Assembly: GCA_965214365.1 (NCBI GenBank)
Contig: CBDCBM010000004.1
Span: 1,926,881 to 1,990,880 of the forward strand
DNA length: 64,000 nucleotides
Reading direction: 5' to 3'
From: Lichenihabitans sp.
GTDB taxonomy: Bacteria > Pseudomonadota > Alphaproteobacteria > Rhizobiales > Beijerinckiaceae
Below the pieces are notes generated by a model. That model did no database searches and had not been told where the DNA came from. It worked only from the letters and a program-made list of their open reading frames with translations. This document shows, in pieces, positions 1 through 15,000 of this stretch (position 1 is the first letter of the stretch; each line of letters starts with the position of its first letter). Position numbers and translations under genes: made by a program.

Positions 1-1
1 A

Positions 2-3000
2 ACCGTCGGCACCATCCACACCGGCAGCCTGACGATCAGCGCGGCGGCGGGCAACGAAGGCAGCGGCCAAGCGGTGCGATCGATCGCGGCGGCGGGCGCG
101 GGCGGTACCTATTTCGGCCTTGGCGCGGCGGTCTCCGACAGCACGGCCAGCAATTTGGTAACGGCCGGCCTGGGGTCCACCGTCGACCTTTCGGTTTCGG
201 GGATGACCCATACGGCGGCGACCAACGTCTCGGTGACGGCGACCGACACGTCGTCGGTCCGGGCGGATTCCTATGGTTTCGCGTTCGGGTCCGCTGCTAT
301 CGGAGCCTCGATTGCGCTGACGCAGCGCAACACGATCATCACCTCGGAGCTGACCGGAACCGCCAACGTTACGGCAACTACGGTCGCGGTCAACGCCTCC
401 AGCGGTGGCGAGAGCTGGGCCTATGCGCTCGGCGGAGCCGGCGGCATCTATTTCGCCGGTTCGGCCTCCGTTGCCACCTCGGACGACAATGCCAGCGTCA
501 CCTCGGACATCCACGACGGCGCCGTGGTGGCGGCCGGATCCGCGCATCCCAACAGCGTGACGGTCTCCGCCGCCGGGACGCCGGACTCGAAAGCCTTCGC
601 GTTCGGCGTGACGGTGGGCGGCGGCGGAGCGCTCGGCGCCTCCGTGGTGCTGGCGAGCGCGTCCCAGCATGTCCTCGCCACGGTCGACGCTGACGCCAAT
701 CTCATGGCCAGCAACGACCTTTCGATCCTCGCCATGGGCAGCGTGAACGGCCCGATCGCGTCGGACTTTCCCACCAATGTTCAGGTCCCTTCCAGCACGG
801 ACAGCTTCGAGACCGGGGGCGCTTCAGTGTCCGGCTGGGCGATCGCCGGCGCCGGCGCCATCCTGGTCGGCGCCCAAGCGACCGTGGCCGAGGCCTCCAA
901 CACCTCGGACGTCGAGGCGACGACCGGCACCAAGAAAAAGACTGCGAGCGACGGCACGCAATATGACGCCGGGCTGGCGCTGCCGATCGGCAACGTCACG
1001 ATCGAGGCCAACAATACGACGGCACAATTCGCGCGCGGCTACGGGGTCTCGGCGGCCGGCGTCGCGGCGATCGGGATCGTCATCGTTCGGACCGAATCGG
1101 ACACCACCACCACGGCGCAGGTCGGCGCCGGCGCCTATTCGACGAGCCTCGGCGCTCTGGCCAATGCCTCGGGTGCCGTGCAATCGCTCAACGTCCTGGC
1201 GACTGGCACCGATACCAGCAGCGCCCGCGCGCAGGCGGGCAGCGGCGGCATCATCGCGGGCAGCGGCGTCGACGGACGCACCATCGACAATTCGACGGTC
1301 CTGGCGGCGATCGGCAACAATGTCGGTATCGTGACCGGGGCCGTGACCGTGGCGGCGAGTCACACGATCAACTTCAAAGCCGACACGGATTCGGTCCAGG
1401 CCGCGCTGGTCGGCGCCAGCGGCGACTATTCCAGCGACACCGAAAACGCCACCGTGACGGTGCAGATCGGCAACGGCGCGAGCCTGACCTCGCTCGATCA
1501 GCTCGACGCCACGGGCGTCGTCTCGGCCCCGAACGCCCTCCTCATCACGGCGTCGAATATCTTCGACCGTATCGGAACGGGCGCGAGTTCCACGGGCGGC
1601 GCCGGCGGCGTCATCAGCGGCGCGGGCGCCAGCAACGATATCGAAGTCACCGGCTTCACGCATGTGCTGATCGGCGCCGACGCGCAACTGATCGACGGCA
1701 CGGGCGGCATCGCGCTCCTGGCGACGAGCGCCGCCAACGTCGCCGACAAGGTGGTGCTCACCACCGGCGGCGCCATCGCCGGGGCCGGGGTCAACGACAC
1801 CGTCAACGTGACGCTGAACAACGATGTGACCCTGGCGGATTCCGGCGCCGCCGATGCCCATCCCACGCTGATCTCGAGCCAAGGCACGGTCGCGCTCGCC
1901 ACGTCGGCGACCGGCAATGCGACCTCACAGGCGCTGGTCAGCACCTATGGCGCGGCGGTGGTTGGCGACGCGCAATCGCACGCCAATATCGCCGCGTATC
2001 AGACCGTGGCGGTGGGCAAATACGCCACGATCGTCGGCTTCGACGAAGTCGACGTGACGGCGGGATTGAACACGTCGGGCGGCACCTACGACATCACCAA
2101 CCTCAACGCCTACGCCGACGGCACCGCCAATGCCCAGGGGCTCATCGGCATTCCGGTGGCGCAGTCCTATTCGACCGCGCACAGCTATACCAATGTCAGC
2201 ATCGGAACCGGCGCGGCGGTCAATGGCGGCGGCAATGTCATCGTCGGCGCCTATCACGGAACGGCATCGAGCGGCGCCGATGGGACCGGCCACTACAACA
2301 TCCTCGGGGTTCCGGCCTCGAACCATTTCGAGCAGAGCAGCACCGACACGTCCGGCGACGTGAACATCAACGGCACGGTGACGGCCGGCATCTACCACGA
2401 CCAGGAAATTACCATCGATTGCGGCACCGGCGTCGCCTGTACGGCCGGCAGCACGCCCATCGTGCATGTGAAGCTCGGCGGCGCGGCCGTGACCGCCTCG
2501 GACGGGACGCTCAAGATCGACATCGCGCCGGGAACGTCGTCCGCGGCGACCAACGCTTCCTTCGGGACCCACAATTACAACCTCGCTGGTTACGTGTCGG
2601 GGATCATCACCGCGCAGGGGCTAAGTTCGAGCTCGGACGAGGCGACGCTGCTGAAGGCCGGTGTGCCGCAGGGTCTCACCAAGGTGGTGGTCCTCGGCCA
2701 GCTCTTCGCCGGGGGCGGCGTCGTCACCATCAACGCCGACACACTCGAAGGCGCGGGCACGGTGACCTCCTACGGCCATCCGACCATCGATGTCGTCAAC
2801 AATACGGCGGCCTCGCTGATCCTCCTCGACGGCGCCTATATCCCCGACCATCCGGCCAGCGAGGTGCTCTTCACCGGCAACGCCCACACGCCGCCGAGTT
2901 CGCTGCATGTCCTGATCGACCCCGGCTATAACGCCGCGACCTCGCCGCCCGAAGGCGTGACGATCACCCTCGCCTATAACGGCGCGGCGCAGAGTCTGTC

Positions 3001-6000
3001 GGACCCCACTACGGGTTCCAACCTGGGCGCATACGGGCCGGCCTTCATCAATGTCGGCGACATCTCGAACCTCGGCGGCCAGATCACGCTCACCAATGCG
3101 AAAGGCTGGTTCGCGCAATTCGGAGCGATCTCCGGCGCGGGCGTGACCGAGACCGCGCCCTATGGCGGGCTTGTCGTATCCTCGCCCAACCAGCCCTTCC
3201 AGGCCGGCGGCGACCCGTTCGCGGCCTGGTCGCATTTCGAGAACTATATCGGCAACGACGGCTCCAGCACCACCGGCTACAGCCTCAACCACGGCAGCGA
3301 CGGCAGTTACGCCAGTGGTACGACCGCCATCCCGGCCGAGGCCAACGTCGATGCCTTCCTCTACGTGGCCGCCAATCTCTATATCGCGGAGAACGATCCG
3401 AAACGATTTACAGGAATTTTTTTCGACACTATTCTTGGTGATAATTCTTTAGCCAACATTTTTGCCGGCACAAATATTCTGGATGGCCAACTCTATGGTC
3501 GATCCGACTATGGAGACCTTTCGGACAGTAACGGTGAGATTTTTACTCATCTCAACACGTCCTATGTCTTCCGGGACGATTGCGTCAGCAATGGATGCTA
3601 TGCAAATAGCAACGGCCTTGGCCCTTACGACGACACAAATGTCTATCTTTTGAATCCCAATAACCATGGCAATAGCCACGACGGCATACAATTCCAGTAT
3701 ATTCCGGTGGTAAGTTTGCCGGGATCCTACAATCTTCCATCATTAGGCATCAATACAGTGACCGGCACGGCTAGCTATATCGCTAGTGAAATCGTGAAAT
3801 CGAACAGCACGGCCATAAACGGCACCAATACGACCACCTACAATGCGGCGAACGGTTTCGAGCTGACGGCCAACGACTACAATCTGACCGGGCAGACGAC
3901 GGTATCGTCGAAAATCTTCGGCGGCCCCATTGCCATCAATGCCGCCATCATCGACATCAACGGTGCGATCACCTCCGGTCGGGACAATGACTATTCGTTG
4001 ACGATCGGGTCTTCGCTGGACACGCAACTCGCGGGCTACCGGCAGGCTTACCTCAACGGCACCGGCGCTGCGACCCGGACGCTCGATACCGGCAATTCCA
4101 ACATCACCGCCGTGTTCGACGCCGCCGACAACGTCATCAAGGTCAACGACATCATCGCCTCGACCGGTGCCGGCTTCGTGTCGCTGACCGGCAAGATCAT
4201 CAGCACAAACGCTCTGGCCCAAGGTCTCATCACGGTTCACGGCGGCCTCGGTCAGGTTACAATCAATAACCAGACGAATGTCGGCATCGTGATCGACAAC
4301 GTCGACAACGGCAGCGTGGAGAACGGCGCGGCGCTGACCAGCGAAGTCTTCATCCACGATCTGCTGAAGACCGGTGTCGCGGCCTACGATACCACGACCT
4401 ATCGCTATACGCCCGGCCAAGGGGTAGCGACCTACTATTCCAACGGCGGCGCCGCCTGGAACAGTACCGGCGCGGTGCTGAGCACGTCGACGACCGCATC
4501 GACCGTCACCTACAACCCTGTCGCCAACGCCCGCTATTACTGGGATCAGGAAGCGACGCTCGAGAAATACGATAACAACAGCTATGATACAGCCAACCCC
4601 TACGCGCCCTGGAAATTCACGACCGGCAATACATCCACGCCCTACACGCTGAAATCCTCCGGTGTGACGACCAGCGAGGTCAGTTCCAACCTCTTCCAGG
4701 AAACGATCACCGCGACATCGAGCTTCACGCCGCTCACTTATTACTACGAAGATTCCACCTCTTCGGTCGCCGACGGCGAAGGCTTCAAAGGCGTTTACTG
4801 GACTTATGACGTCGTCAACAAGGTCGACCTGATCCTGCACAACAGCGTCAAAGCCGACAATCAGTTCAACATCCAATTCCTCGGCAACGCCACATCGTTT
4901 CTCGACATCACGTCCGATACCGCGGTCGACCTTGCCGGCACCATCAACAATGCCAGCGGCACGACCAGCATCGTGGTCGCGGGCAATGCCGCCCCCGGCA
5001 ACAGCGACATCACCACCGCCTCGACGGCGCATGTGACGACGAAGAACCTGGTTCTGTCGACGCCTGGCGCCATCGGCAGCGTCGCGAGCCCCTTCACGGC
5101 CGCGATCAGCACCGGCGGCGTGGTGAAGGCCAGCGCGGGCGCCTCGGGCGTCAGCCTGGTGTTCACCGGCGCCGCCGCCATCGACAGCGTCTCAAGCCAG
5201 ACCACCACGAACGGCGCCACCACGTATGGCGACGTGTCGATCGCGGCGCAGGGGTCGATCACGGCGGCAGGCAAGCACATCCTCACCAGCCATGATTCCA
5301 CGGGCGCGCTCCAGACGAGCTTCGCGACGGCGGGCACCGTCACCACCGGCAGCGTGGTGATCGGCGGCGTGACGCTCGCCGGAATTTCGGTGAGTGACAC
5401 CAACATCACCGGCCGCAATGTGTCGCTCTCCAGCAACAGCGGCAGCATCGGCACAGGCTCAGCACCGCTCGTCATCAACGCCAACGCCACCGTCAACCCG
5501 GTGACGGGCGCCCTGGTCGACGGCACAATTCGGGCCATCGCCAACGGCGACATCGGCCTCACCGGCGTCGGCACGACGGCGTCGGCGCCGAGCAATTTCC
5601 GCATCGACCTCATCAAGGCGGGCGGCAACGTCACCATCAACGTGCCGAACGGCATCATCCTCGACGCCTCGGGCCAGACGTCGAGCCAGGTGCTGAGCAC
5701 CGACCAACTTGCCACCATCAAGCAGTCGCTCCATCTCACCGTCGCCACCGGCGCCAACCAGGGCGCGTCGGACAATGCAATCCGGCCCTTCGAGCAATCG
5801 GTCGATATCGCCTATGCAAACTACGAGAGCCTGCTGTCGAACGGCACGGTGAGCGGTGGCACGTTCACGCTGACGGCCGGCGGTATGCCGGCTTACGTGC
5901 AGACGGTGGCGTTGCAGAACGACACAGCCTATCAGACGCTGATCGGCTTCGGTTCGGTCGCCGGCGACGGCACATTCACGCTCAACTCCTTAGGCCTCGC

Positions 6001-9000
6001 CAATTATCGGGCGGCGGCCGCCGCCTCGCTCAACCTGTCGGCCACGACCGTCACCGACGCGCAGGTGCAAGTCTATGCCCAGGGCCTTTTCGCCTCGACG
6101 AGCGTCGATGTGCTCAAAGGGCTGGTCAACAACGGTCAGTTCTCGAATAGCGGCACCTTCACGCTGACGTCGACGGGTATCGCCACCTATCTGACGAAGG
6201 CGCTTCCCTCGATCAGCTCGGCAAACCAGAGCGCGGCCACGACCCTTCTGGCGAACAGCACCATCGCCACCGACGGCACATTCAGCCTCACCACCGCAGG
6301 CATCCAGACCTATCTGCCGCAAGCGATCGCCGGTTTGTCGACGACCGCGCAAGTCTCGGCCAATGCCCTGCTGTCGAACGGCACCGTCGGCTCGGACGGC
6401 AGCTTCACGCTCAGCGCGGCGGGGCTGCTGGCTTACGCGACCGCCGCCGCGACCGCCGACAATGTCACGACCGCGACCTCGACGCAGATCCAGGCTTACG
6501 CGTCCGGGCTCTACGCGACCCTGGTGCAGCAGACCCAGACCTTTGCGGGCGTCCAGTACAACACGCTGAACCTGAAAAGCGTACAGACCTACGCGCAGAC
6601 GCTCTATGCGAACACCAAGCCGAGCGATACCGCGATCCAGGCCTATGCATCGACGCAATATTCGAGCGACGTCAGTCTGTTCAAACAGGCCTTCGCAACT
6701 TCCACGGATACCGCAGGCGCAGGCTGGCAGACCGGGCTCGCCTCCGTGGCCCAGGCCCCGACCATCAATTACAAGGTCGCGACGAGCAGCACGCTCTACA
6801 CCACGCTGACACAGAACGGCGGCACGACGACCGCCTTCGAGGACAAGATCGGCACGGACTATACGAGCTACCAGACGCTGCTGGCCAACGGCCAAGTGTC
6901 GAACGGCTCCATTACCCTGACAAGCGCCGGCGTCGCCGCTCTGCGCCAGGCCGCGACCACGGGCGCGATCGCCGCCACCGACGCCCAGGTTCAGGCTTAC
7001 GCGCAGGCGCAATATGCCGCCGACGTGTCGGACTTCAAGCAGGCTTTCGCAACGACCTCCGATCCGACCGGCGCGCAGTGGCAGGCGGGGCTCGCCAATT
7101 CCGCCGCGACCTTCGTCTACCGCACGAGCGATGTCGCGAGCGGGACGATCGCCGCGACCCTGACCAATGGCGCTGTCTGGACCGATCAGCAACTCACGCT
7201 GGCGGTCGATCAATCGGCCGTGCAGCCGGCGGCGGCGCTGGTCGGCAATTCGGCGACGGCGAGTGTCGTCGGCCAGAACATCACGATCAACGCGGCCGGT
7301 GGCGTCGGCCAGGTCGCTCCGGCGGTCTTCGTGTCGAAGAGCGACCTTCTCGGCACCAGCACCGACCTTGCCACGAGTACCGGCATCGCCCGCATCGCCC
7401 AGGAGACGGCGGCCCTCGCGGTGGCGACGACGCCCGGCACGGTCGTGGCGCACTACGACGCGCAGAACAATCTCACCGGCTACAATGTCATCCTGACGTC
7501 GCCGCTGTTCGTCAGCGTGGTCGGCACCACGGCCACCAATGGCGTGACGACCACGACCGGAACCGTCAGCGCCAGCTCGGCGAATGGCGCGGTTTTACTG
7601 CAAGGCACCGCGCAGGGCGGTGCGGGTGGCGACACGTTGCGCATCGGTTCCATCGCGGCGCAGGGCGATGTGAACCTCGCCGCGCCGGTCAGCATCCTCG
7701 ATGGTGGCGTCTCCGTCGGGACACCTTCGATCTTCACAGGCGGCATACTTACGCTGCAGGCCGGAACAGGCAGCATCGGCTCCACGGCTGCGCCGGTGAC
7801 GTTCGAGGCGACGACCTCCATCAACGCCTCCGCCGCCCATGACGTCACCCTCAAATCCTACGGCGCCGTAACGGTCAGCCGCATCGGCGCCGATTCAGCG
7901 GCGGGCACCGCCTCGCTCCAGGCAATCAACCGGGTCGACGGCGGCGGGACCGTGGTGTCGGCCGGCTCGATCACAGGCGTCGCCGGAGCAGGCGGCCTCG
8001 CGGCGATCGTTCTGTCGGGGCATTCCCTGATTCTCAAGGCCGACAGCACCATCGGCTCGTCGGATCTGAGCCTCGCGGTGCGAACGATCGGGGGCGCCTT
8101 GTCGGGCTCGGCGGGAGGAGACGTCTACCTCGCGAGTCCGACCGTCGCGGGGGTTCTCTCACCATTGACCGTCAGCGGTTTCTCCGGGACTGGCAGCGTG
8201 ACTGTCACGGCCGACGCGGAACTCGATTTCACCGGCGCCACGTCGGCAACAGGTGCGCTCAACGCGACCGGTCATTCGATCTCAATGGGGCAGAACGCGT
8301 CGATCGCTGCTGGCAAAGCCGTCAACCTTACCACGACAGCGGGCGACATCTCCCTCGGGCAGGTGGTGAGCAGCGTCGGCACGACCCCCGCGATCTCGCT
8401 GAAAGCGACCGGCGGTGCGATCACAGGCAACGGCGACGGTCAGGTCAACCTCATCGCCGCCGCTTCGAGCGTATCCTTGACGGCCTCGACCGGGATCGGC
8501 ACCGCCGCGACATTGTCGGTCGCAGCACGACCGGTCACGCTCAATGCTGCGAGCCTCAGCGCCTCGACCTCCAGCGGTGGCATTCTCCTCGCCACGACGA
8601 CGACCCTGCCGTCCATCCTCGGTATCACGGCGGCGACGTCGCTCGACGCGACCTCGCTGACCGCGTCGAGCGGCACGGTCGGTATCATGGGAGTGGAAAG
8701 CCTTGCGCTCGACAGCGTGTCGGCGGCCACGCTGGCGGCGGGCTCCGCCGGCTCGATCCAGATCGGCACGGCAACGATCATGAACGCCGCGACCGTGAAC
8801 GCGGGAACGACGATCAATGTCGCGACATCGTTGAACTCCACGACGGGCAACGTGGCGCTGACCACGACCTCCGGCTCGATCACAGGCGGATCGGTCACGG
8901 CGAGCAATCTGTCGCTCAATTCCGGCAGCGCCATCGGCTCCAATAGCGCCGCTTTCGGTTTCACGCTGCGAACGGGCGGTATCCTGTCCGGGCAGGCCTC

Positions 9001-12000
9001 CGGTTTTGCCAAGCTCGCTGGAACCGGCGACGTCGCCGTCTCGACATTGTCGTCGTCCGGAGATCTTTCGCTGACGTCGAGCGTCGTGCTGGACATCGCA
9101 TCGTCGTCAAGCGTGGCGGGCCTCGTGTCGTCCACCGGCGGCAGTGTAACGCTGCGCGGAAACAGCATCACCATGGGGGCGGGGGCGGGCGTCTCGGCCT
9201 CGGGCAGCGCCACCTTGTCGGCGGCCGGCAATATCGTCCTGGGGCAGATCAAGAGCACGTCGGCCGCGACGTCCTCGGCTGTCATCAACATCGAGGCCGG
9301 AGCCGCGTCCTTGGGCGTGCCCGTGACGTCAGGCACAGGCTCCATTTCGAGCAACGGCGACGGACAGACGAATATTTTCGGCACCGCCGCAGGTGTCGGC
9401 GCGACGCTGAACGCGGGAGTCAGCGTCGGATCGGTGTCGGTCGCCATCGCCGAGATAGCCGCGACCGCCGACACGGGCAACATCACCCTTGTTCAAAAGG
9501 CGGCATTGCACGCGACCTCGCTGACCGCCTCGCAAGGCGGCGTCGATGTCGAAGGCGTGCAAGCCTTGACCCTCGACAGCGCGACGGCCGGGACGACATT
9601 CACGGCGAAATCGACAAGCGGCGCGATCACGCTCGGGACGGTTGCGAGCGTCGGCCCGCAGCACATCGATGCCTCCGGCAGCATCAACTTCCATAGCCTG
9701 ACGACGACCGGTGCTGCGGCGGATATCGGGCTGACCTCCACCTCTGGCGCGGTAAAGGGGACATCGACGACGCTCAATGCCGTGACGACCCTGTCCTCGA
9801 TCGGCTCGGCGCGCGACGTCACCGTGTCCGGCCTCAGCGTAGCGCTCGACGGGGTGACGGCGGCGCGCTCGGCCTTGATCGCTTCGACCGGCGGATCGAA
9901 TACCGGGGCTAGTGTCACGGCGACGACCGGCACCGTGACACTGTCGGCGGGCGGCACGGCCTTGTCGAACGGCGCGCTGACGCCGTTGTCGGGTGCGACG
10001 CTGAACTGGGCGTCGGTCTCCGCCATGACCGGTACATTGACGGCGACGGCCGACGACACGCTGACCCTAAGGACGGTGACGACCGGGGGATCGCAGACAA
10101 TTCACGCGGCGAACACGCTGTCGTTCACAACGCTGACCACGAACGGGATCGCTGGTGACGCGGGCAATGTGACGCTGACCTCGGATGCGGGGTCGATCGC
10201 GGGCGGCAGCATCGATGCCCACGGCTCGGCGCATCTCACGACCGCGACACTGAATTCGGGCCAGAGCGTGACGGCGGCGACCGGGGATACCTTCATTGAG
10301 GGCGGTACAGCCGTTTCCTGGTCGATCATCCAGGCGACGCTGGGCAATGCCACGGTGAAAGCGGATGCTGGAAACCTTTCGGTCACCAGCGTGAGTGCCG
10401 GTCAAACCGCAAGCCTGACCGCGACGGCCGGCAGTATCCTGCCCGTGGGCTCGTCCTCTTCGCTCTCGTCTTCCAACCTCGTTCTCACCGCGCTCGACGA
10501 CGTTGGCGTCGCCGGCACCGGGAACGGGAGCCCCACGCCGTTCGGGTTCACGCTCGGCGCCGGAGGAACGCTATCGGGCGCCGCAGGCGGCTCGGCTTGG
10601 CTCCTCGGCACCGGCGATGTCGCCATCAACCGGTTCTCCGCCGATGCCGGGCTGTCGCTCGTCACCGCCGGTGGCATCACGATCAAGAGCGTCACCGGCA
10701 CCCTCAACGGGGTAACGACCACGACGACCGGCCTCGTCTCCTCCCTCAACGGTGGCGTCGCGTTGCGGGGCAACCTCATCACCATGCAGACCGGCGCTGG
10801 CGTTTCGGCCGGCGGCAGCGTCAGTCTTTCGGCGGATGGTGACATCACGCTCGGTCAGGTGAAGAGCACCTCGGCCAATACGAGCGCTGCGGTGATCGAT
10901 ATCGAGGCCGGCGCGGCGACATTCGGCGCTCCCGTCACCTCGGGTACCGGCTCGATTCTGAGCAATGGCGACGGGCAGACGAACATCCTGGACGGTGTCG
11001 CCCGCACCGGTGCTGTGTTGAATGCGGGCGACGGCGTCGGATCCGTTTCGGTCGCTATCGCCCATCTCGCCGCAGACGCCGGCAACGGCAACATCACGCT
11101 CGTGCAGAAGGCCGACGTGCAGGCGACATCGCTCATCGCGCTGCATGGGAGCGTCGATGTCGAGGGCGCCAACGCCCTGACGCTCGACGGTGTGACTGCG
11201 GGGACGGCATTCATCGCGAAATCGACCGCCTCCACCATCACCATCGGCACGGCGACGAGCGGCCTGACGCAGACGATCCTGGCGCAGGGCGACCTCGACT
11301 TCCACGCCCTGACCACGACGGGCGTTACGGCCGACATCTCGCTGACCTCGACGCTGGGCGCAGTGGCGGGCCAGCCGGTAATGGTGAACGGCGCCTCCAT
11401 CCCATCCTCGATCGGTTCGTCGCGGGACGTCCTGGTCTCCGGCCTCAGCGTGACGCTCGACGGTGTGACGGCGGCGCGCTCGGCCTTGATCGCCTCGACC
11501 GGCGGTTCGAACATAGGCGTCAATGTCACGGCGACGACCGGCACAGTGACCCTGTCGGCCGGCACGACGCTGGACTGGACGAGGGTATCGGCGCTGCAAG
11601 GCACGCTGACGGCCACATCCGCCGACACGATCACGCTTGGCACCTCGACGACGGGCGGGTCGCAGGGGATTCATGCGGCGAACGGGGTTAGTTTTACGAC
11701 GCTGACCACCCACGGGATCACGGGCGACGCGGGCGACGTGACGCTGACCTCAGACGCGGGGTCGATCGCCGGCGGGTCGATCGGGGCGAACGGATCGGCG
11801 GTGCTGACGGCGCTGACCACGATCACGGGAGCCTCCCTCACGACCACGACGGGGTCGATCGACATCGAGACGGGTAGCCTGGCGTCGGGCACGGGCGGTC
11901 TCATCCAATGGACCGAGCTGACGGCCGGCACCACGCTGAAGACCATCTCGGGCCAGGGCGCGATCACCCTCGGCACGGCGACGAGCGGGGCAGGGCAGAC

Positions 12001-15000
12001 CCTCCATGCCCATGGGGCGGTGGATCTGACCACGATCACGGTGAATGGCGGCACGCTGGGCGTGACCTCGGACACTGGCACAGTGACGATCGGCACGGCG
12101 ACGAGCGGCCTGACGCAGACTCTGGAAGCGAATGGGGATCTTAACTTCCATGCCCTGACGACGACGGGGGCCACGTCCGACATCTCGCTGACCTCGACGC
12201 TGGGCGCGGTGGCGGGCCAGCCGGTGATGGTGAACGGCGCCTCCGTCCCATCCTCGATCGGCTCGGCGCGAGACGTCTTGGTCTCCGGCCTCAGCGTGAC
12301 GCTCGACGGTGTGACGGCGGCGCGCTCGGCCTCGATCGTCTCGACCGGCGGTTCGAACACAGGCGTCAATGTCACGGCGACGACCGGCACAGTGACCCTG
12401 TCGGCCGGCGCGACGCTGGACTGGACGACGGTATCGGCGCTGCAAGGCACGCTCACGGCCACGGCCGCCGACACGATCACGCTTGGCACCTCGACGACGG
12501 GCGGGTCGCAGGTGGTTCATGCAGCGAACGGGATCGGCTTCACGACGTTGACCACCAACGGCATCGCCAGCGATGCGGGCGACGTGACGCTGACCTCGGA
12601 TACGGGGTCGATCACCGGCGGGTCGATCGGCGCGCAGGGGTCGGCGGTGCTGACGGCGCTGACCACGATCACGGGAGCCTCCCTCACGACGACGACGGGG
12701 TCGATCGACGTCGAGACGGGCAGCCTGGCGGCGGGGACGGGCGGTCTCATCCACTGGACCGAGCTGTCGGCTGGCACGACGCTGACGGCCGTATCGGGCC
12801 AGGGCGCGATCACGCTCGGCACGGCGACGAGCGGGGCAGGGCAGACGATCCATGCCCATGGGGCCGTGGATCTGACCACCATCATGGCTAACGGCGGCAT
12901 GCTGGGCGTGACCTCGGACACCAGCACGGTGACCATCGGCACGGCGACGAGCGGCCTGACGCAGACGATCCTGGCCGCGCAAAATATCGTCTTTACGCAA
13001 TTGACCGTGTCGAGCGGCGACATCGCCGTCACCTCCGACACGGGCTCGATCAGGGGCGGCTCGATCATTGCGCAGGGTTCGGCCACACTGACATCGGCCC
13101 AGGACAATACCGGCGACAGCCTAACGACCCGCACCGGCGGCGCCATACTCAATGCCGGCGGCCAGATCAGCTGGACCAATCTCTTGGTCGGCACGACGCT
13201 CGGCGCGACCTCGATGGGCTCGACCGTGACTCTCGGTACTGCGACGAGCGGGGCTGGTCAGACCCTTCACGCCACGCAAAACATCGGCTTCACGCAATTG
13301 ACCGCGTCGAGCGGCGACATTGTCGTGACGTCGGACAATGGCTCGATCGTCGGCGGCTCGCTCACCGCCCAGGGCTCGGCCACGCTGATAGCGGCCCAGG
13401 ACAATACCGGCGACAGCCTAACGACCCGCACCGGCGGCGCCATACTCAATGCCGGCGGCCAGATCAGCTGGACCAATCTCTTGGTCGGCACGACGCTCGG
13501 CGCGACCTCGACGGGCTCGACCGTGACTCTCGGCACGGCGACGAGCGGGGCTGGTCAGACCCTTCACGCCACGCAAAACATTGGCTTCACGCAATTGACC
13601 GCGTCGAGCGGCGACATTGTCGTGACCTCGGATACGGGGTCGATCAGCGGCGGGTCGATCGGCGCGAACGGGTCGGCGATGCTGACCGCGCTGACCACGA
13701 TCACCGGGACCTCCCTCACGACGACAACGGGCGCGATTGACGTCGAGACCGGTCGCCTGGCGTCGGGCACGGGCGGTCTCATCCACTGGACCGCGCTGTC
13801 GGCTGGCACGACGCTGACGGCCGTCTCGGGTCAGGGTGCGATCACGCTCGGGACGGCGACGAGCGGCACTGTTTCGGGCAGCACGGGCACCCAGACCCTC
13901 CACGCCCATGGGGCGGTGGGGCTGACGACCGTTACGGCGAATGGCGGCACGCTGGGCGTGACCTCGGACACTGGCACAGTGACGATCGGCATGGCGACGA
14001 GCGCCCTGACGCAGACGATCCTGGCGCAGGGCGACCTTAACTTCCATGCCCTGACGACGACGGGGGCCACGGCCGACATTTTGCTCACCGCGACGCTTGG
14101 CGCGGTGGCGGGCCAGCCGGCGATGGTGAACGGCGCCTCCGTCCCATCCTCGATCGGTTCGTCGCGGGACGTCCTGGTCTCCGGCGTCAGCGTGACGCTC
14201 GACGGTGTGACGGCGGCACGCTCGGCCTCGATCGTCTCGACCGGCGGTTCGAACACAGGCACAAGCGTGACGGCGACGACCGGCGATGTGACCCTGTCGG
14301 CCGGCGCGACGCTGGACTGGACGACGGTATCGGCGCTGCAAGGCACGCTCACGGCCACGGCCGCCGACACGATCACGCTTGGCACCTCGACGACGGGCGG
14401 GTCGCAGGGGATTCATGCAGCGAACGGGGTTGGTTTTACGACGCTGACCACCCACGGGATCACGGGCGACGCGGGCGACGTGACGCTGACCTCGGATACG
14501 GGGTCGATCACCGGCGGGTCGATCGGCGCGCAGGGGTCGGCGGTGTTGACCGCGGTGACCACGATCACCGGGACCTCCCTCACGACCACGACGGGGTCGA
14601 TCGACGTCGAGACGGGCAGCCTGGCGTCGGGCAAGGGCGGTCTCATCCAATGGACCGCGCTGTCGGCCGGCACCACGCTCAAAGCGATCTCGGGCCAGGG
14701 CGCGATCACGCTCGGCACGGCGACGAGCGGCACTTTTGCGGGCAGCGTTGGCACGCAGACGATCCATGCCCATGGAGCCGTGGATCTGACCACCATCGTA
14801 GCCAACGGCGGCACGCTGGGCGTGACCTCGGACACTGGCACAGTGACCATTGGCACGGCGACGAGCGGCCTGACGCAGACGATCCTGGCCGCGCAAAATA
14901 TCGGCTTCACGCAATTGACCGCGTCGAGCGGCGACATTGCCGTCACCTCCGACACGGGCTCCATCACCGGTGGCTCGCTCACCGCCCAAGGCTCGGCCAC

